Virus record (IMG/VR): IMGVR_UViG_3300023435_000009
Reading direction: 5' to 3' (one strand)
Source of the DNA: a virus
Taxonomy: Duplodnaviria > Caudoviricetes
Length of the DNA: 64,000 bases
Position 1 is the stretch's first letter, and each line of letters opens with the position of its first letter. The position numbers and the translations under genes were made by a program. The notes below the pieces were generated by a model. That model did not search any database. It worked only from the letters and a program-made list of their open reading frames with translations, and was not told the DNA's origin. Shown here in pieces: positions 54,672 through 63,831 of the stretch.

Positions 54672-57600
54672 ATGGCAGCGGTAATCGTCAGTAAACTATA
54701 CACCTCTCCGGTTGGCCCCCAGGTTGGACCCACCGAGACGGGGATCAGCAGGAACGATCTACAAAAGGGCTACCGTGTGGTCTGTGAGTCACTTAACGTG
54801 GCGACGACCTACAGTTGGTCCCTTGTGTTCACTCCGGATTCCCCTGGCCCCACAGCGGCCTCTGGGAACGACTTCACAGGTACTCCGTCCACTGCGGGCC
54901 TGCTGCCCCCCGAGGGTAGCACGTCGGCCACGTGCAAGTTTGATGTAGACTGGGACGGTTCCTACCTCATCCGTCTCATCACTGATGCGGGCACGGTAGA
55001 CGAGGACTCTCAGTTCATCCGGCTTCGATTGATGACTACCTTCGGTGATCTGAAGCTCATCGCCGCCGGGGAGCGTCGGGACCAAGGTGGTGTGGTTCCT
55101 GTGGACGCAGCGACCGAAGGGTGGTCGGATGTCCAGAACCAGAACATCCAGCGGCTGATGCTGATGGTGCGCCGGGGAATGACTACGGGCCGGACGCTCT
55201 ACGTTGATCCCAACAGGGGGCGGACCTTCCTTACCTCTCAGGCGTCCGACGATACTACAAATATCGTGCGTGTCCCCGGACCGGACTCCGCAGCGAGAGA
55301 TGAGAGTGGGATGCGGATGTCGGCGGTAGGGTGTGGGGACTTCTCCTCCATCTCTGAAGCCATCAGCTACGCTTCCGCTGCTGTCGCCAGGGGGGAACCG
55401 GCCTTGGCTGCAGGGGATCCCTACATCATCAATGTGGCCCCTGGGACTTACAATGAGGACTTAGCGCTGGTCCCCTTCGTTTATTTGATGGGGGCTGGGG
55501 GGTACTACAATCGGGTCACTACAGTTGATGCCACCACTACAGGTTCCCACACGTTTACGGCAACAGGTCCCGGTGACCTCTGTGTTTTGATAGGGATGCA
55601 CCTGACGAATAGTCTCGTTACAACCGGGGCGGTTCTGGAAAACAACGGTGGTATTCTCATCCTTCAGGACGTTGCAGTCCAGCAGGAAGGTGTTTCCGGA
55701 ACGCAGGGGCCTGCTCTTCATGTTGATCAGGCTTTTGAGTCTACGGTCTGGGCTGACCAATGTCTCTTGAGTTCAGAGGGCTCTCCTGCAACTCAATATG
55801 CGCTCGTCCTTGAGAACCTTGCTGGAGCAGTCACCTTTACAGGGGGGATGATCGTTGGGCCATCCGCTGTGTTCTGTCTCTCGGATCCTGTCGCAGGAGC
55901 ATCTACGCTGGCTGTAGACATCCGCAGTGCTGTGATTACAGCAGGGGTCGGAGGTACTGCCTATCAGGGATACCCCAGCAGTACGACGTTTGCTACCTCT
56001 GAGATTGGGGGGCCTGTGGTGCTTAGTTCCGGGGCTTACGGGGTGGGGGCCTACACCCACGATGTGGAACTGGAACTCAACGCTGTTTCCTTTGATGTAG
56101 CTCTGCTGGTTGCCCCTGTGTCAGTGACCCCGACTGGTACGACCGGATCCTGCACTTTCAACCACGGGGACGTTGTTGTCCGTGGAGCTACCGCAGGGGA
56201 TTATCTGGATGTCCCCACGGCCCCTGGAAACGTGCCTACGGTGGAGCCCAGTTCTCAGAGCTACGCCAACTATTTTGACAACAACTTCACCAACCCTCTG
56301 ACGACGCTTTCGCTGAACAGTCTTCAGCAGATCCCGGTGGGTAACGTCCAGGAGGCCCTTACGCTCCTGACTCGTTACGTGCTGCCCGTCACGGGAGCAC
56401 CGTTCTACTCCCTGGAGTCTGCATATAACGGCCTCGCTTCCTTGAACCCCCCGGTAGCGGGTGATGGGTTGGGCCGGACCATCGAGGCGGGTGCCGGAGC
56501 TGTTCAGATCACGGCGGCACTTGCCCCGGTGGTACCCTACGAGCCGCTCCTGTTGGGCGGTCTTCAGGTAGAGGGTCAGGTTGATATAGGCCCCCTGATG
56601 GGGGATGGCCTGGGCTCCGAGTTTACGGTCGACCCCAACACCTTTGGGATGGGTGTGATCCTTAAGATGGGTCGCAATGTCTTCCCCAACGTGACGGGGC
56701 TGAATTCGTTGGCTCTGGTTCAGGTGGGTTCCGATCCTTCTTTGCCTTTCGACTACACTGTCCACACGAGGAACAGTGCTGGTCTACTCCTCAGGCCGGG
56801 GGCTGCAAGTCTGGTTGCAGGATCCGGGGTAGGGGCACTTGGCCCTGGGGGCGGTGACGTTCATCTACAAGCGGGTTCCGCAGGAAACCCCGCACCCACT
56901 ACGGGTTCTGTGTGGGTTGCCCCCGGTGCCCACACTGTTACTAACGGACGTCTAGAGTTGGCGGACCCCTCAACGGCGACGGCCCCCACTTTGTTGGCTG
57001 CCGGACCTTTTGTTCCTGGTCCCGCCACAGGCACCTTCTACATTCAGACCATCAATGGTGTGGAGGAGCACACGATCCTGGCGGCGGACACCATTGGCAC
57101 TTTGGTGGCCCGAATCAACACCACTTCCCTGAGTTTGGCGGCTACAGCCGTCATGGGGACCACACTAAGACTCACGGGTCTGAACACGGGGCCGACCGCC
57201 TTCATCCTCTACATGACGGATGATCAGGGCGGGGCACTCAACACAATGATGGGAGACTTGGTCCCCCCGGCGGCGACATATGTTGCAGGGAGCTACGTCA
57301 ATCATGTGGGTCTGAGTTGCATTGGAGCCAATCTGTTCCATGTTCACGGTACAGTCTCGGCAGATGTGCCCATTATTGCCGTTCCTGGTGGCTATCAGCC
57401 AATGCTCAATCCTGGAGCGCTTGTTGGACCAGGAATCGCTATTGTTGGGGTGGATAACACGGCAGGTACTGTTACGGTGACACTTCCAGTAGCTCCTGCT
57501 GTGGCGACACAGCTTACGGTCAAGCACGAGGCGGGTGTGTTGGCTCCACTTACTCCTGTGAACATCGTTCCGGGGGCAGCCAATATCGACGGTGTCGCTG

Positions 57601-57686
57601 GACCCCGTGTCTACAACAACCCGTTGGACCACCAGTTCAGCCTGACAATGTACTTTAGCGGTGCCGCTGGTTGGTTCATCATCTAA
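54672..57686 (+). CDS. tail fibre/tailspike-like protein (Ig/PKD-like N-terminus, parallel beta-helix, C-terminal fibre-tip domain)
   Basis: TYSWSL...YLIRLIT (PKD-like); RTLYVD...FSSISEAI...INVAPGTYNEDL (pectin-lyase-like beta-helix start); C-terminal VDNTAGTVTVTLP...IDG...GWFII. Confidence 0.7.
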   Translation: MAAVIVSKLYTSPVGPQVGPTETGISRNDLQKGYRVVCESLNVATTYSWSLVFTPDSPGPTAASGNDFTGTPSTAGLLPPEGSTSATCKFDVDWDGSYLIRLITDAGTVDEDSQFIRLRLMTTFGDLKLIAAGERRDQGGVVPVDAATEGWSDVQNQNIQRLMLMVRRGMTTGRTLYVDPNRGRTFLTSQASDDTTNIVRVPGPDSAARDESGMRMSAVGCGDFSSISEAISYASAAVARGEPALAAGDPYIINVAPGTYNEDLALVPFVYLMGAGGYYNRVTTVDATTTGSHTFTATGPGDLCVLIGMHLTNSLVTTGAVLENNGGILILQDVAVQQEGVSGTQGPALHVDQAFESTVWADQCLLSSEGSPATQYALVLENLAGAVTFTGGMIVGPSAVFCLSDPVAGASTLAVDIRSAVITAGVGGTAYQGYPSSTTFATSEIGGPVVLSSGAYGVGAYTHDVELELNAVSFDVALLVAPVSVTPTGTTGSCTFNHGDVVVRGATAGDYLDVPTAPGNVPTVEPSSQSYANYFDNNFTNPLTTLSLNSLQQIPVGNVQEALTLLTRYVLPVTGAPFYSLESAYNGLASLNPPVAGDGLGRTIEAGAGAVQITAALAPVVPYEPLLLGGLQVEGQVDIGPLMGDGLGSEFTVDPNTFGMGVILKMGRNVFPNVTGLNSLALVQVGSDPSLPFDYTVHTRNSAGLLLRPGAASLVAGSGVGALGPGGGDVHLQAGSAGNPAPTTGSVWVAPGAHTVTNGRLELADPSTATAPTLLAAGPFVPGPATGTFYIQTINGVEEHTILAADTIGTLVARINTTSLSLAATAVMGTTLRLTGLNTGPTAFILYMTDDQGGALNTMMGDLVPPAATYVAGSYVNHVGLSCIGANLFHVHGTVSADVPIIAVPGGYQPMLNPGALVGPGIAIVGVDNTAGTVTVTLPVAPAVATQLTVKHEAGVLAPLTPVNIVPGAANIDGVAGPRVYNNPLDHQFSLTMYFSGAAGWFII

Positions 57687-57698
57687 AACGGGGGCATC

Positions 57699-60600
57699 GT
57701 GCCTGGACCCTTTACATATCCTCTGCCTCATCCTGCAGGAGCCGGTTACGGTGGTGTAGGATGGAGTCCCCGTGCCGGGGACGGAACGTTCGATCCCCAG
57801 AACGTGGCCTATGGCTACGGTGAGGACTCCTATGGAGCCATCGATTTCCCCGCCCCGCCGATTGCCGTCGATGGGGGTTATGGTGGTGACCCCTATGGGA
57901 CAGGACCCTATGGTGGGATCGAGCTAGTACCCCCTCGTTTGTCTTCCGCTGTTAGCTTGAACGGTTGGGAGATCGAGGTGTTCTTCTCTGAGGAGATGGA
58001 TCCCAATGATCTTTCGCTGGTGGATCCCCTTTCCTATCTGTTGACTCCCGTGGATGCTGCCGCCTCCGAGGTGCTTTCGGTACGAATTGAAAAGTTGGGC
58101 AGCATCTCTCTGCACGATCACTTCCAGGGTGTCTTGTCCGTCATCATCACACACACGGGAACCACTCTGGGTGGGACCTATGAAGTGTGGGCCACGGGAC
58201 CGACCGACGTCTCAGGGAACCCCATCCTAGACATCCCCTTTGAATTGTTGACCATCGGGGAAGCTCCCGTTTACACCGTCTCCGCTGCCAGCGGGAACGA
58301 ACTGCTGTTCCAGTTCAGCCATGCGATGCTCTCGGCGGCGGATGAACCTGCCGGATCTCCAGGTATCACGAACCCTGCCTCGTACCAATTCACGTCTGAC
58401 CCAGACTATCCGATCACCTTGACACCTGTCATCATCACTCACCCATATAATGGAGACGCCTCCCAGGTGCATCAAGAAGTGCAGGGGATGACGTCGGTGC
58501 AGTACAACTGTACGATCAGCCCCGCAACCGAGATTGAGTACGACGGGACGATCCTGCCGAGCGAGGCCACGACTTTTACCGGGACCGAGGTGTTCCCTGG
58601 TAACGGTCAGTCCCTCATCACAGGGGGCAAACTCATTCTTAATAAGGCTAAGGTTCTCAGCTACGGTTGGGACTTCCTGGTCTTGGGTGGAACGATCCCC
58701 GCTGACTCTACGTTCCGTGCAGACGTGATCGTCAATGCGGGAGCAGCGATCTATGCCCCTCCGTTGGCAGCCTTTACGACGTTGAACCTGGGACAGGCCA
58801 TCTTTGCCACAGGTCCTGTGGGGATGGGCACACAGGCGACGGTGACACTTCAGAAGGTGGCTGGTAATCAGGATCGTATCCATATCCAGAGTGGGGTCTG
58901 GATCACAACGGTGATGGCCACCTGGAGTTCCGGGGACATCACACTCTCGATGGTGCGGAACAGGAAGGCGGGTTTCATCACCTTCCTTCTCGGAGGCGTG
59001 CCCCTCGTTACAGTGCCTACAGCCACCATTTCGGAACCCTCCACGCTGGCTGGGGCAGGGGTGCGGTGGTTGCTCTCGCCGTCCCTCACGAACATTTCGG
59101 GGTTTCAACTCCTGGACGTGTCGTTCGAGCAGACCGAGACGGTGTGGTCCGCAGCGTGGAACTTCCTGCATAACATGATGGGCCTCTTCCAGGGATCCGC
59201 AGCGCACACACGGCCCTGGCTTCTGACTCAGCGAGGTCCCTTGGTGAAGGACTGGGGGGACATGACTCCCGCCACCAAGCAGGACGTAGCACTGTGGGTC
59301 AATGGTGGTGAAGTCGATGTTTCCGATGTGAATCCCTATTGGGGAAAGGTCACACCGACGATTCCCATTCCGTTGCTCCCACCGGGCGACCCTCAAGCCG
59401 ACGTCAAAATAGACTATCACTGGATGGCCACACCAATCATGCCTTTGGCGGGGTTGAACGTAGAAGGGGCTGTTCTGAACAAGTGGGACCGGGCAACCGG
59501 ACACCACGATCCCGCCTTCCACGGCGAGCAGATCCAGGACGCCACCCACGCCAAGGGGGCACCCGACATCAGCCGTTTCCCGATGGGTGTGGTGATTGGA
59601 CCCCCAGATTACCCCGAACCGCTCTTGGTCAGCCATCGGTACATGGGGTTCGAGAAGGACGCTTCGGCGCTCCTCAACAGTCCTACCACGATGATCCTGA
59701 ATCAGGATCCCCGTGTCTCCCAGGTTCCGGCCTTTGAGTCGCCCACCGAGGGCACGACACGGGCTTTTGAGGGTGCCCAGAGTCCTACACTGGACGACCC
59801 CCCTTGGACGTTAGAGGGGCAAGACACGGGTTCAGCGGTCAACGGCATTTATACTGTCATTGACAGCCAGTCGGGAGCCTTTAATCCTGACGACCCCAAG
59901 GTTGCGATGTACTGGGGGGAGATCGACCTTAATTTCCCCTCTAACCTCTATCTGGTTGGGAAGTTTTCGGTGCCCAAAGATCCCGTGACAGAGGTGGCTT
60001 CCGTGTCACCCCACGGAGTCTTCACGGGTGTTGGGTTCGGTGTCCACGACAATCACCACCTGTACCTGGCCGGAGCTATTCAGCTAGGCACAACGGATAT
60101 TATTCGTCACGTCGGGATACTCAAAGATCCAACGATGATGCATCTGTTGGACGGGTGGGATCTGGGACCGAAGGCCACCATCAGCATCATCTCCTCTACC
60201 GTGTGTACCGCAGCTTCCTCCAGTGTGCCTACGGGATTCACTACAGGCGGTCGGTTCAATATTCTGAGTGGCTCCCAGGCGGGTGTCTACACGGCTTCCT
60301 CCGTGATCCGCCACAGTACGGGAACGACCGAGATTACGGTGACCCCCGGCTTCCCCGCCAATCCCAAGCTGTACGATAACAAGTACTTCGATGCGATCTT
60401 TGAGGTGGACTGGGTGGAGGATTCATCCACCTACCGGATGGTGGTGGACCCAGAGCAGCGGACGGCAACGCTTGACATTTCGGGTAGACTCTCCGGGCGG
60501 GTTGCGACGTTGGACGGTACCGTGGCGCACATGCCTCAGCCTGCCCAGACGTCCCTTTTGTTGAGCACCGAGTACGAAGGCCAGGTCTTTTGGGGGTCGC

Positions 60601-63600
60601 TGGACTCCTTCGCCGTGTCACATTCCTCCTGGTCCTTCCTCCGCTACGGTATCGTTCCTGACCAAACGTCTTTGCGAGGATACGTTCAAGTCGTGAACAC
60701 GGAGATGGGGGATCTTCCCGAAGAGGACCCCAACGAAGAGTGGTTCCTCACTGAGCCGTTTGGAACGTCCGAGATCCTGATGACCGGGGGGATGCAGCTT
60801 AAGAGCACTGCCGGAAGCGACGCCTATAATCTGGTCTACGGATACAGCCGGATCGAGCCCTTCCTGTTCCCTGACGCCAACGTAGACCTCCGGGCCTTTT
60901 TCGGGGTGGACTCCGCCGTGCTCGGGGCCGGGGATGCTGAGATTGTCCTCCAGGATGGGGTGCGGGTGATCCGCTTGGCGACCCTGATGTACTACGAGGG
61001 CGACGACCCTTGGCGGCAACTTGTGGAGATGCCCTCCGTGAGTTGTGCTGGGTTCATGTCCCCTGACCAACAGGGCTGGGACTACAGCGGGGATGTTGGG
61101 AATGATGGGCTGTCCGAGGGGCCAGACTTCACCCTCACTGTGCCTGCGGGTGAGACCACCCGTTACCGAGCAACAGCGGACACGACGGGACTCGTTTGCG
61201 GTGACCCTGGTGACCGGATTGGCGAGGTGCTGGTGGCCTCTGATGCTGCAGGCTACTTGTTCACCCTGGCATCTCCCTCGGGGCACAGCATCCAGTTCTG
61301 GCTCCGTGAGGGTGCGACCCCTGGGGTAGAGCTTAGGACTGAGGCGGGGGTGATTGTCCAAGCCTACGACTTCGACTGGACCGATGATGCGCTGCACGCC
61401 TATAGGTTGATCGCTTCTAGCGGGGTTGCATCACTTCTCATCGACAACACCCTCCAGCTTCCGACCGTTGGGATGGGGCCGTTCGCCTCCGGTGGTAGCA
61501 GCCAGTTCCTCTTCGGATCTGTCGCCCCCACATCGGACATGACCACCAGATGGCGGTCGGTGTCCTATTCGGTGATCCCGCCTGCCACAGTGAAACGGAC
61601 CTTCGGGATCTGGCTTGGCGGGAACAAGGACGACATCGATCAGTGGCAGATTCCTCGGACGGACAGCACGACGGCGAAGAATTCCGATGAGATTGGCCCC
61701 GTTGTGGAAGAGATGGACTGGCGGACCCCCATGGAGGTGCGCCTGCTACGGACCCCCGAGTGGGGCGTCACAATGCTCCGTCCGGACCTTCCGATGCCTC
61801 CCTACTACGTTCCTGAGACTCCGGGCGTTCCTGGCAGTGGGTACGCCACCCAGACGGCGGTCCCCTCCGCTGGGTGGATCAACGTAGAGGATGCGGAGAT
61901 CCCCAAACTGCCAGCCATTTTTGGGAGCATCTCGTTCGGGGCCTTGGATCAGCGATCCGTGACCCAGCAACATTGGGATTGGGTCCGGTACAAGATCTTC
62001 AAAACGATCACGGAGGAGCACAAGTCCCCGGACCACATGGTGCTCAACCAGAACAACGTCCTCACCAGCGGTGACTGGTTGTTGGACAGGACGCTGGAGA
62101 CGGCAACTCTCCAGGTTGCCAGTATCAATTCGCTGGCCCTGGCCCCGCTCCATATGGTAGCCGAGGGTGTCTACAAGGTGGTGGATGGCTCGACGGTTTA
62201 TGCCCGGACGGACTGGACATTTGATGCCAACCAGCAGACGCTGGTGCTGGACAAGGGACTGAACTTCTCCTCCGCTACGGCAACCGTCACGGTCTTGTTC
62301 TACCCAGGCAAACCCATCACCGACACCTACCTCCTGGGCCAACCCGTCCAGGATGGGATGACGCTTCTGAACGAGGGTACACCCCCTGTTCCGATGAGCC
62401 AGGGTGTAGGAGCCACGCACGAAGAGATCCACGGGTCGTTCCTGAACGACCCTGCCCACATTCTGAACGAGAATCCGGGCTTCACCTTGAACGACCCCTA
62501 CAATGTCCTGGTTTTCGTGGATGACGCCGAAGCCCTCTACGAGAATATGAAGTTCATGGAGGTGGACAACAGCGGTGATACGGGCCTGATCTCCACCCCC
62601 TGCGAGGGTACTCTGCCACAAGGTTTCTCTGGGCATTCGCCGGATGAGGGTGAGGAAGTGTACTCCAAGACGGGTACGGGAGCCTCCCTGGGTGGCGTTG
62701 GCCAGAGTGCTGGCCTCAAGGCAACCGGGACGAAGGTGGGAGAAGCCGTTGGTGCCCACGTCTTGGGGTTCAAAGGCACTAAGTTCTGGGAGAAGATGAC
62801 ATCACCGAAGCCCAGCCCGTTCGAGCAAGGCGGTGGGATGCCGGGCAAAACCTTGTTTGCATCTGGAGGCAACTATCTTGGCCCAGTGGTGGATCTGGGT
62901 GGACAAATCATCGACATGAAGCCCCTTGGCGGGACGCTCGGGCCGGGAACGGCTGTTCTGTACCCGAACTTCGTAGAGGGTGCTGCTAAACCGGGGACCG
63001 GGATCAAAGGGATCTACCGCCGCACTGATTGGTTCCTCCGATTGCACGCTGTCATAGGGCAGAACCAGCAAGAGAAGCAACTCATCGAGATCATGTCCCT
63101 GGACAGTGCAGACAACACGCCACCCACCACACCGTACCGTTGGGCTGTCAACCCCTCGGGGACGCCCCCAGTCAATGGTTATGGGGCTTGCCTGGCGGAG
63201 TATACGGGAGCAGGAGAGTATTCGCACACGGGGCCTTGGGGTGGACTGTCAGCATTGGAAGCGGCCCAGGACTTCGGAATCCTGGAGTTCCTTGGGCTGA
63301 CGGTTCCCGTGGGCACTACAGCAGAGGTACGGAGCGATGCAGGCTGGTCCGTTGTTTTCACGGCAGTGGCTGTTCCGGTTCTCCCCACGGAATTTGCAGC
63401 GGCCCCGACGCCGCATCTCAGTTTGGCTGACGCCATCAACAACCACGCCGTCACCCGGAACTGGGTGGAGGCGGTGGCTGGTTTGACTTGGTGGGGAAGC
63501 CGTGCGGTGACGGTGGAGTCCTTGTCCCCCGTAGTGGTTGGGAATCTGGTTAGCATCTGGGGCACGCCCCCGCAGATTGTGGTGCAGGATGTCCTGGGGA

Positions 63601-63791
63601 CGGAGGCCGGAGGTATCTTGACTGGGGGGGCGAAGATCAATCAGTCATCGGTGTTGGCCGGGGGTTGGCAGACGGTTAACCCTGTCGGACCAGGAGAACA
63701 TGATCCGCTTCTCGGTTTTGTGTGTCAGGGCGGTGCCCTCCTTCCCGTGGGCGGTACAGTGATTGAGGTTTTGTCGTCTCCAGCGGTGTGA
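57699..63791 (+). CDS. large virion structural protein (2030 aa) with YG-rich N-terminus and Ig-like domains
   Basis: GTG start; GYGG/AYGYGEDSYG/GGYGGDPYGTGPYGG repeats, then Ig-like segments (PRLSSAVSLNGWEIEVFFSEEM); phage codon bias. Confidence 0.7.
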   Translation: MPGPFTYPLPHPAGAGYGGVGWSPRAGDGTFDPQNVAYGYGEDSYGAIDFPAPPIAVDGGYGGDPYGTGPYGGIELVPPRLSSAVSLNGWEIEVFFSEEMDPNDLSLVDPLSYLLTPVDAAASEVLSVRIEKLGSISLHDHFQGVLSVIITHTGTTLGGTYEVWATGPTDVSGNPILDIPFELLTIGEAPVYTVSAASGNELLFQFSHAMLSAADEPAGSPGITNPASYQFTSDPDYPITLTPVIITHPYNGDASQVHQEVQGMTSVQYNCTISPATEIEYDGTILPSEATTFTGTEVFPGNGQSLITGGKLILNKAKVLSYGWDFLVLGGTIPADSTFRADVIVNAGAAIYAPPLAAFTTLNLGQAIFATGPVGMGTQATVTLQKVAGNQDRIHIQSGVWITTVMATWSSGDITLSMVRNRKAGFITFLLGGVPLVTVPTATISEPSTLAGAGVRWLLSPSLTNISGFQLLDVSFEQTETVWSAAWNFLHNMMGLFQGSAAHTRPWLLTQRGPLVKDWGDMTPATKQDVALWVNGGEVDVSDVNPYWGKVTPTIPIPLLPPGDPQADVKIDYHWMATPIMPLAGLNVEGAVLNKWDRATGHHDPAFHGEQIQDATHAKGAPDISRFPMGVVIGPPDYPEPLLVSHRYMGFEKDASALLNSPTTMILNQDPRVSQVPAFESPTEGTTRAFEGAQSPTLDDPPWTLEGQDTGSAVNGIYTVIDSQSGAFNPDDPKVAMYWGEIDLNFPSNLYLVGKFSVPKDPVTEVASVSPHGVFTGVGFGVHDNHHLYLAGAIQLGTTDIIRHVGILKDPTMMHLLDGWDLGPKATISIISSTVCTAASSSVPTGFTTGGRFNILSGSQAGVYTASSVIRHSTGTTEITVTPGFPANPKLYDNKYFDAIFEVDWVEDSSTYRMVVDPEQRTATLDISGRLSGRVATLDGTVAHMPQPAQTSLLLSTEYEGQVFWGSLDSFAVSHSSWSFLRYGIVPDQTSLRGYVQVVNTEMGDLPEEDPNEEWFLTEPFGTSEILMTGGMQLKSTAGSDAYNLVYGYSRIEPFLFPDANVDLRAFFGVDSAVLGAGDAEIVLQDGVRVIRLATLMYYEGDDPWRQLVEMPSVSCAGFMSPDQQGWDYSGDVGNDGLSEGPDFTLTVPAGETTRYRATADTTGLVCGDPGDRIGEVLVASDAAGYLFTLASPSGHSIQFWLREGATPGVELRTEAGVIVQAYDFDWTDDALHAYRLIASSGVASLLIDNTLQLPTVGMGPFASGGSSQFLFGSVAPTSDMTTRWRSVSYSVIPPATVKRTFGIWLGGNKDDIDQWQIPRTDSTTAKNSDEIGPVVEEMDWRTPMEVRLLRTPEWGVTMLRPDLPMPPYYVPETPGVPGSGYATQTAVPSAGWINVEDAEIPKLPAIFGSISFGALDQRSVTQQHWDWVRYKIFKTITEEHKSPDHMVLNQNNVLTSGDWLLDRTLETATLQVASINSLALAPLHMVAEGVYKVVDGSTVYARTDWTFDANQQTLVLDKGLNFSSATATVTVLFYPGKPITDTYLLGQPVQDGMTLLNEGTPPVPMSQGVGATHEEIHGSFLNDPAHILNENPGFTLNDPYNVLVFVDDAEALYENMKFMEVDNSGDTGLISTPCEGTLPQGFSGHSPDEGEEVYSKTGTGASLGGVGQSAGLKATGTKVGEAVGAHVLGFKGTKFWEKMTSPKPSPFEQGGGMPGKTLFASGGNYLGPVVDLGGQIIDMKPLGGTLGPGTAVLYPNFVEGAAKPGTGIKGIYRRTDWFLRLHAVIGQNQQEKQLIEIMSLDSADNTPPTTPYRWAVNPSGTPPVNGYGACLAEYTGAGEYSHTGPWGGLSALEAAQDFGILEFLGLTVPVGTTAEVRSDAGWSVVFTAVAVPVLPTEFAAAPTPHLSLADAINNHAVTRNWVEAVAGLTWWGSRAVTVESLSPVVVGNLVSIWGTPPQIVVQDVLGTEAGGILTGGAKINQSSVLAGGWQTVNPVGPGEHDPLLGFVCQGGALLPVGGTVIEVLSSPAV

Positions 63792-63806
63792 CGGTAGAGC
63801 CTCTAT
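63792..63806 (+). promoter_or_regulatory. putative late-promoter motif CGGT-N8-TAT
   Basis: CGGT agagcctc TAT, 25 nt before the next start. Confidence 0.55.
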
Positions 63807-63831
63807 TTTAGGGCAAGGGTAAGGAGCCGGG

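Noticed and set aside
1243-63640. Numerous long antisense or alternate-frame ORFs in the track (e.g. 3901..6177, 9787..11286, 33186..34307, 58227..59636, all minus strand)
   Set aside because: They shadow strongly GC3-biased plus-strand genes, lack RBSs and recognisable motifs, and are expected artefacts of codon bias.
1192-63791. Inteins, introns or stop-codon reassignment explaining the giant ORFs
   Set aside because: No intein splice-junction or LAGLIDADG blocks were recognised; TAA, TAG and TGA all terminate genes at coupled junctions, so the standard code fits.
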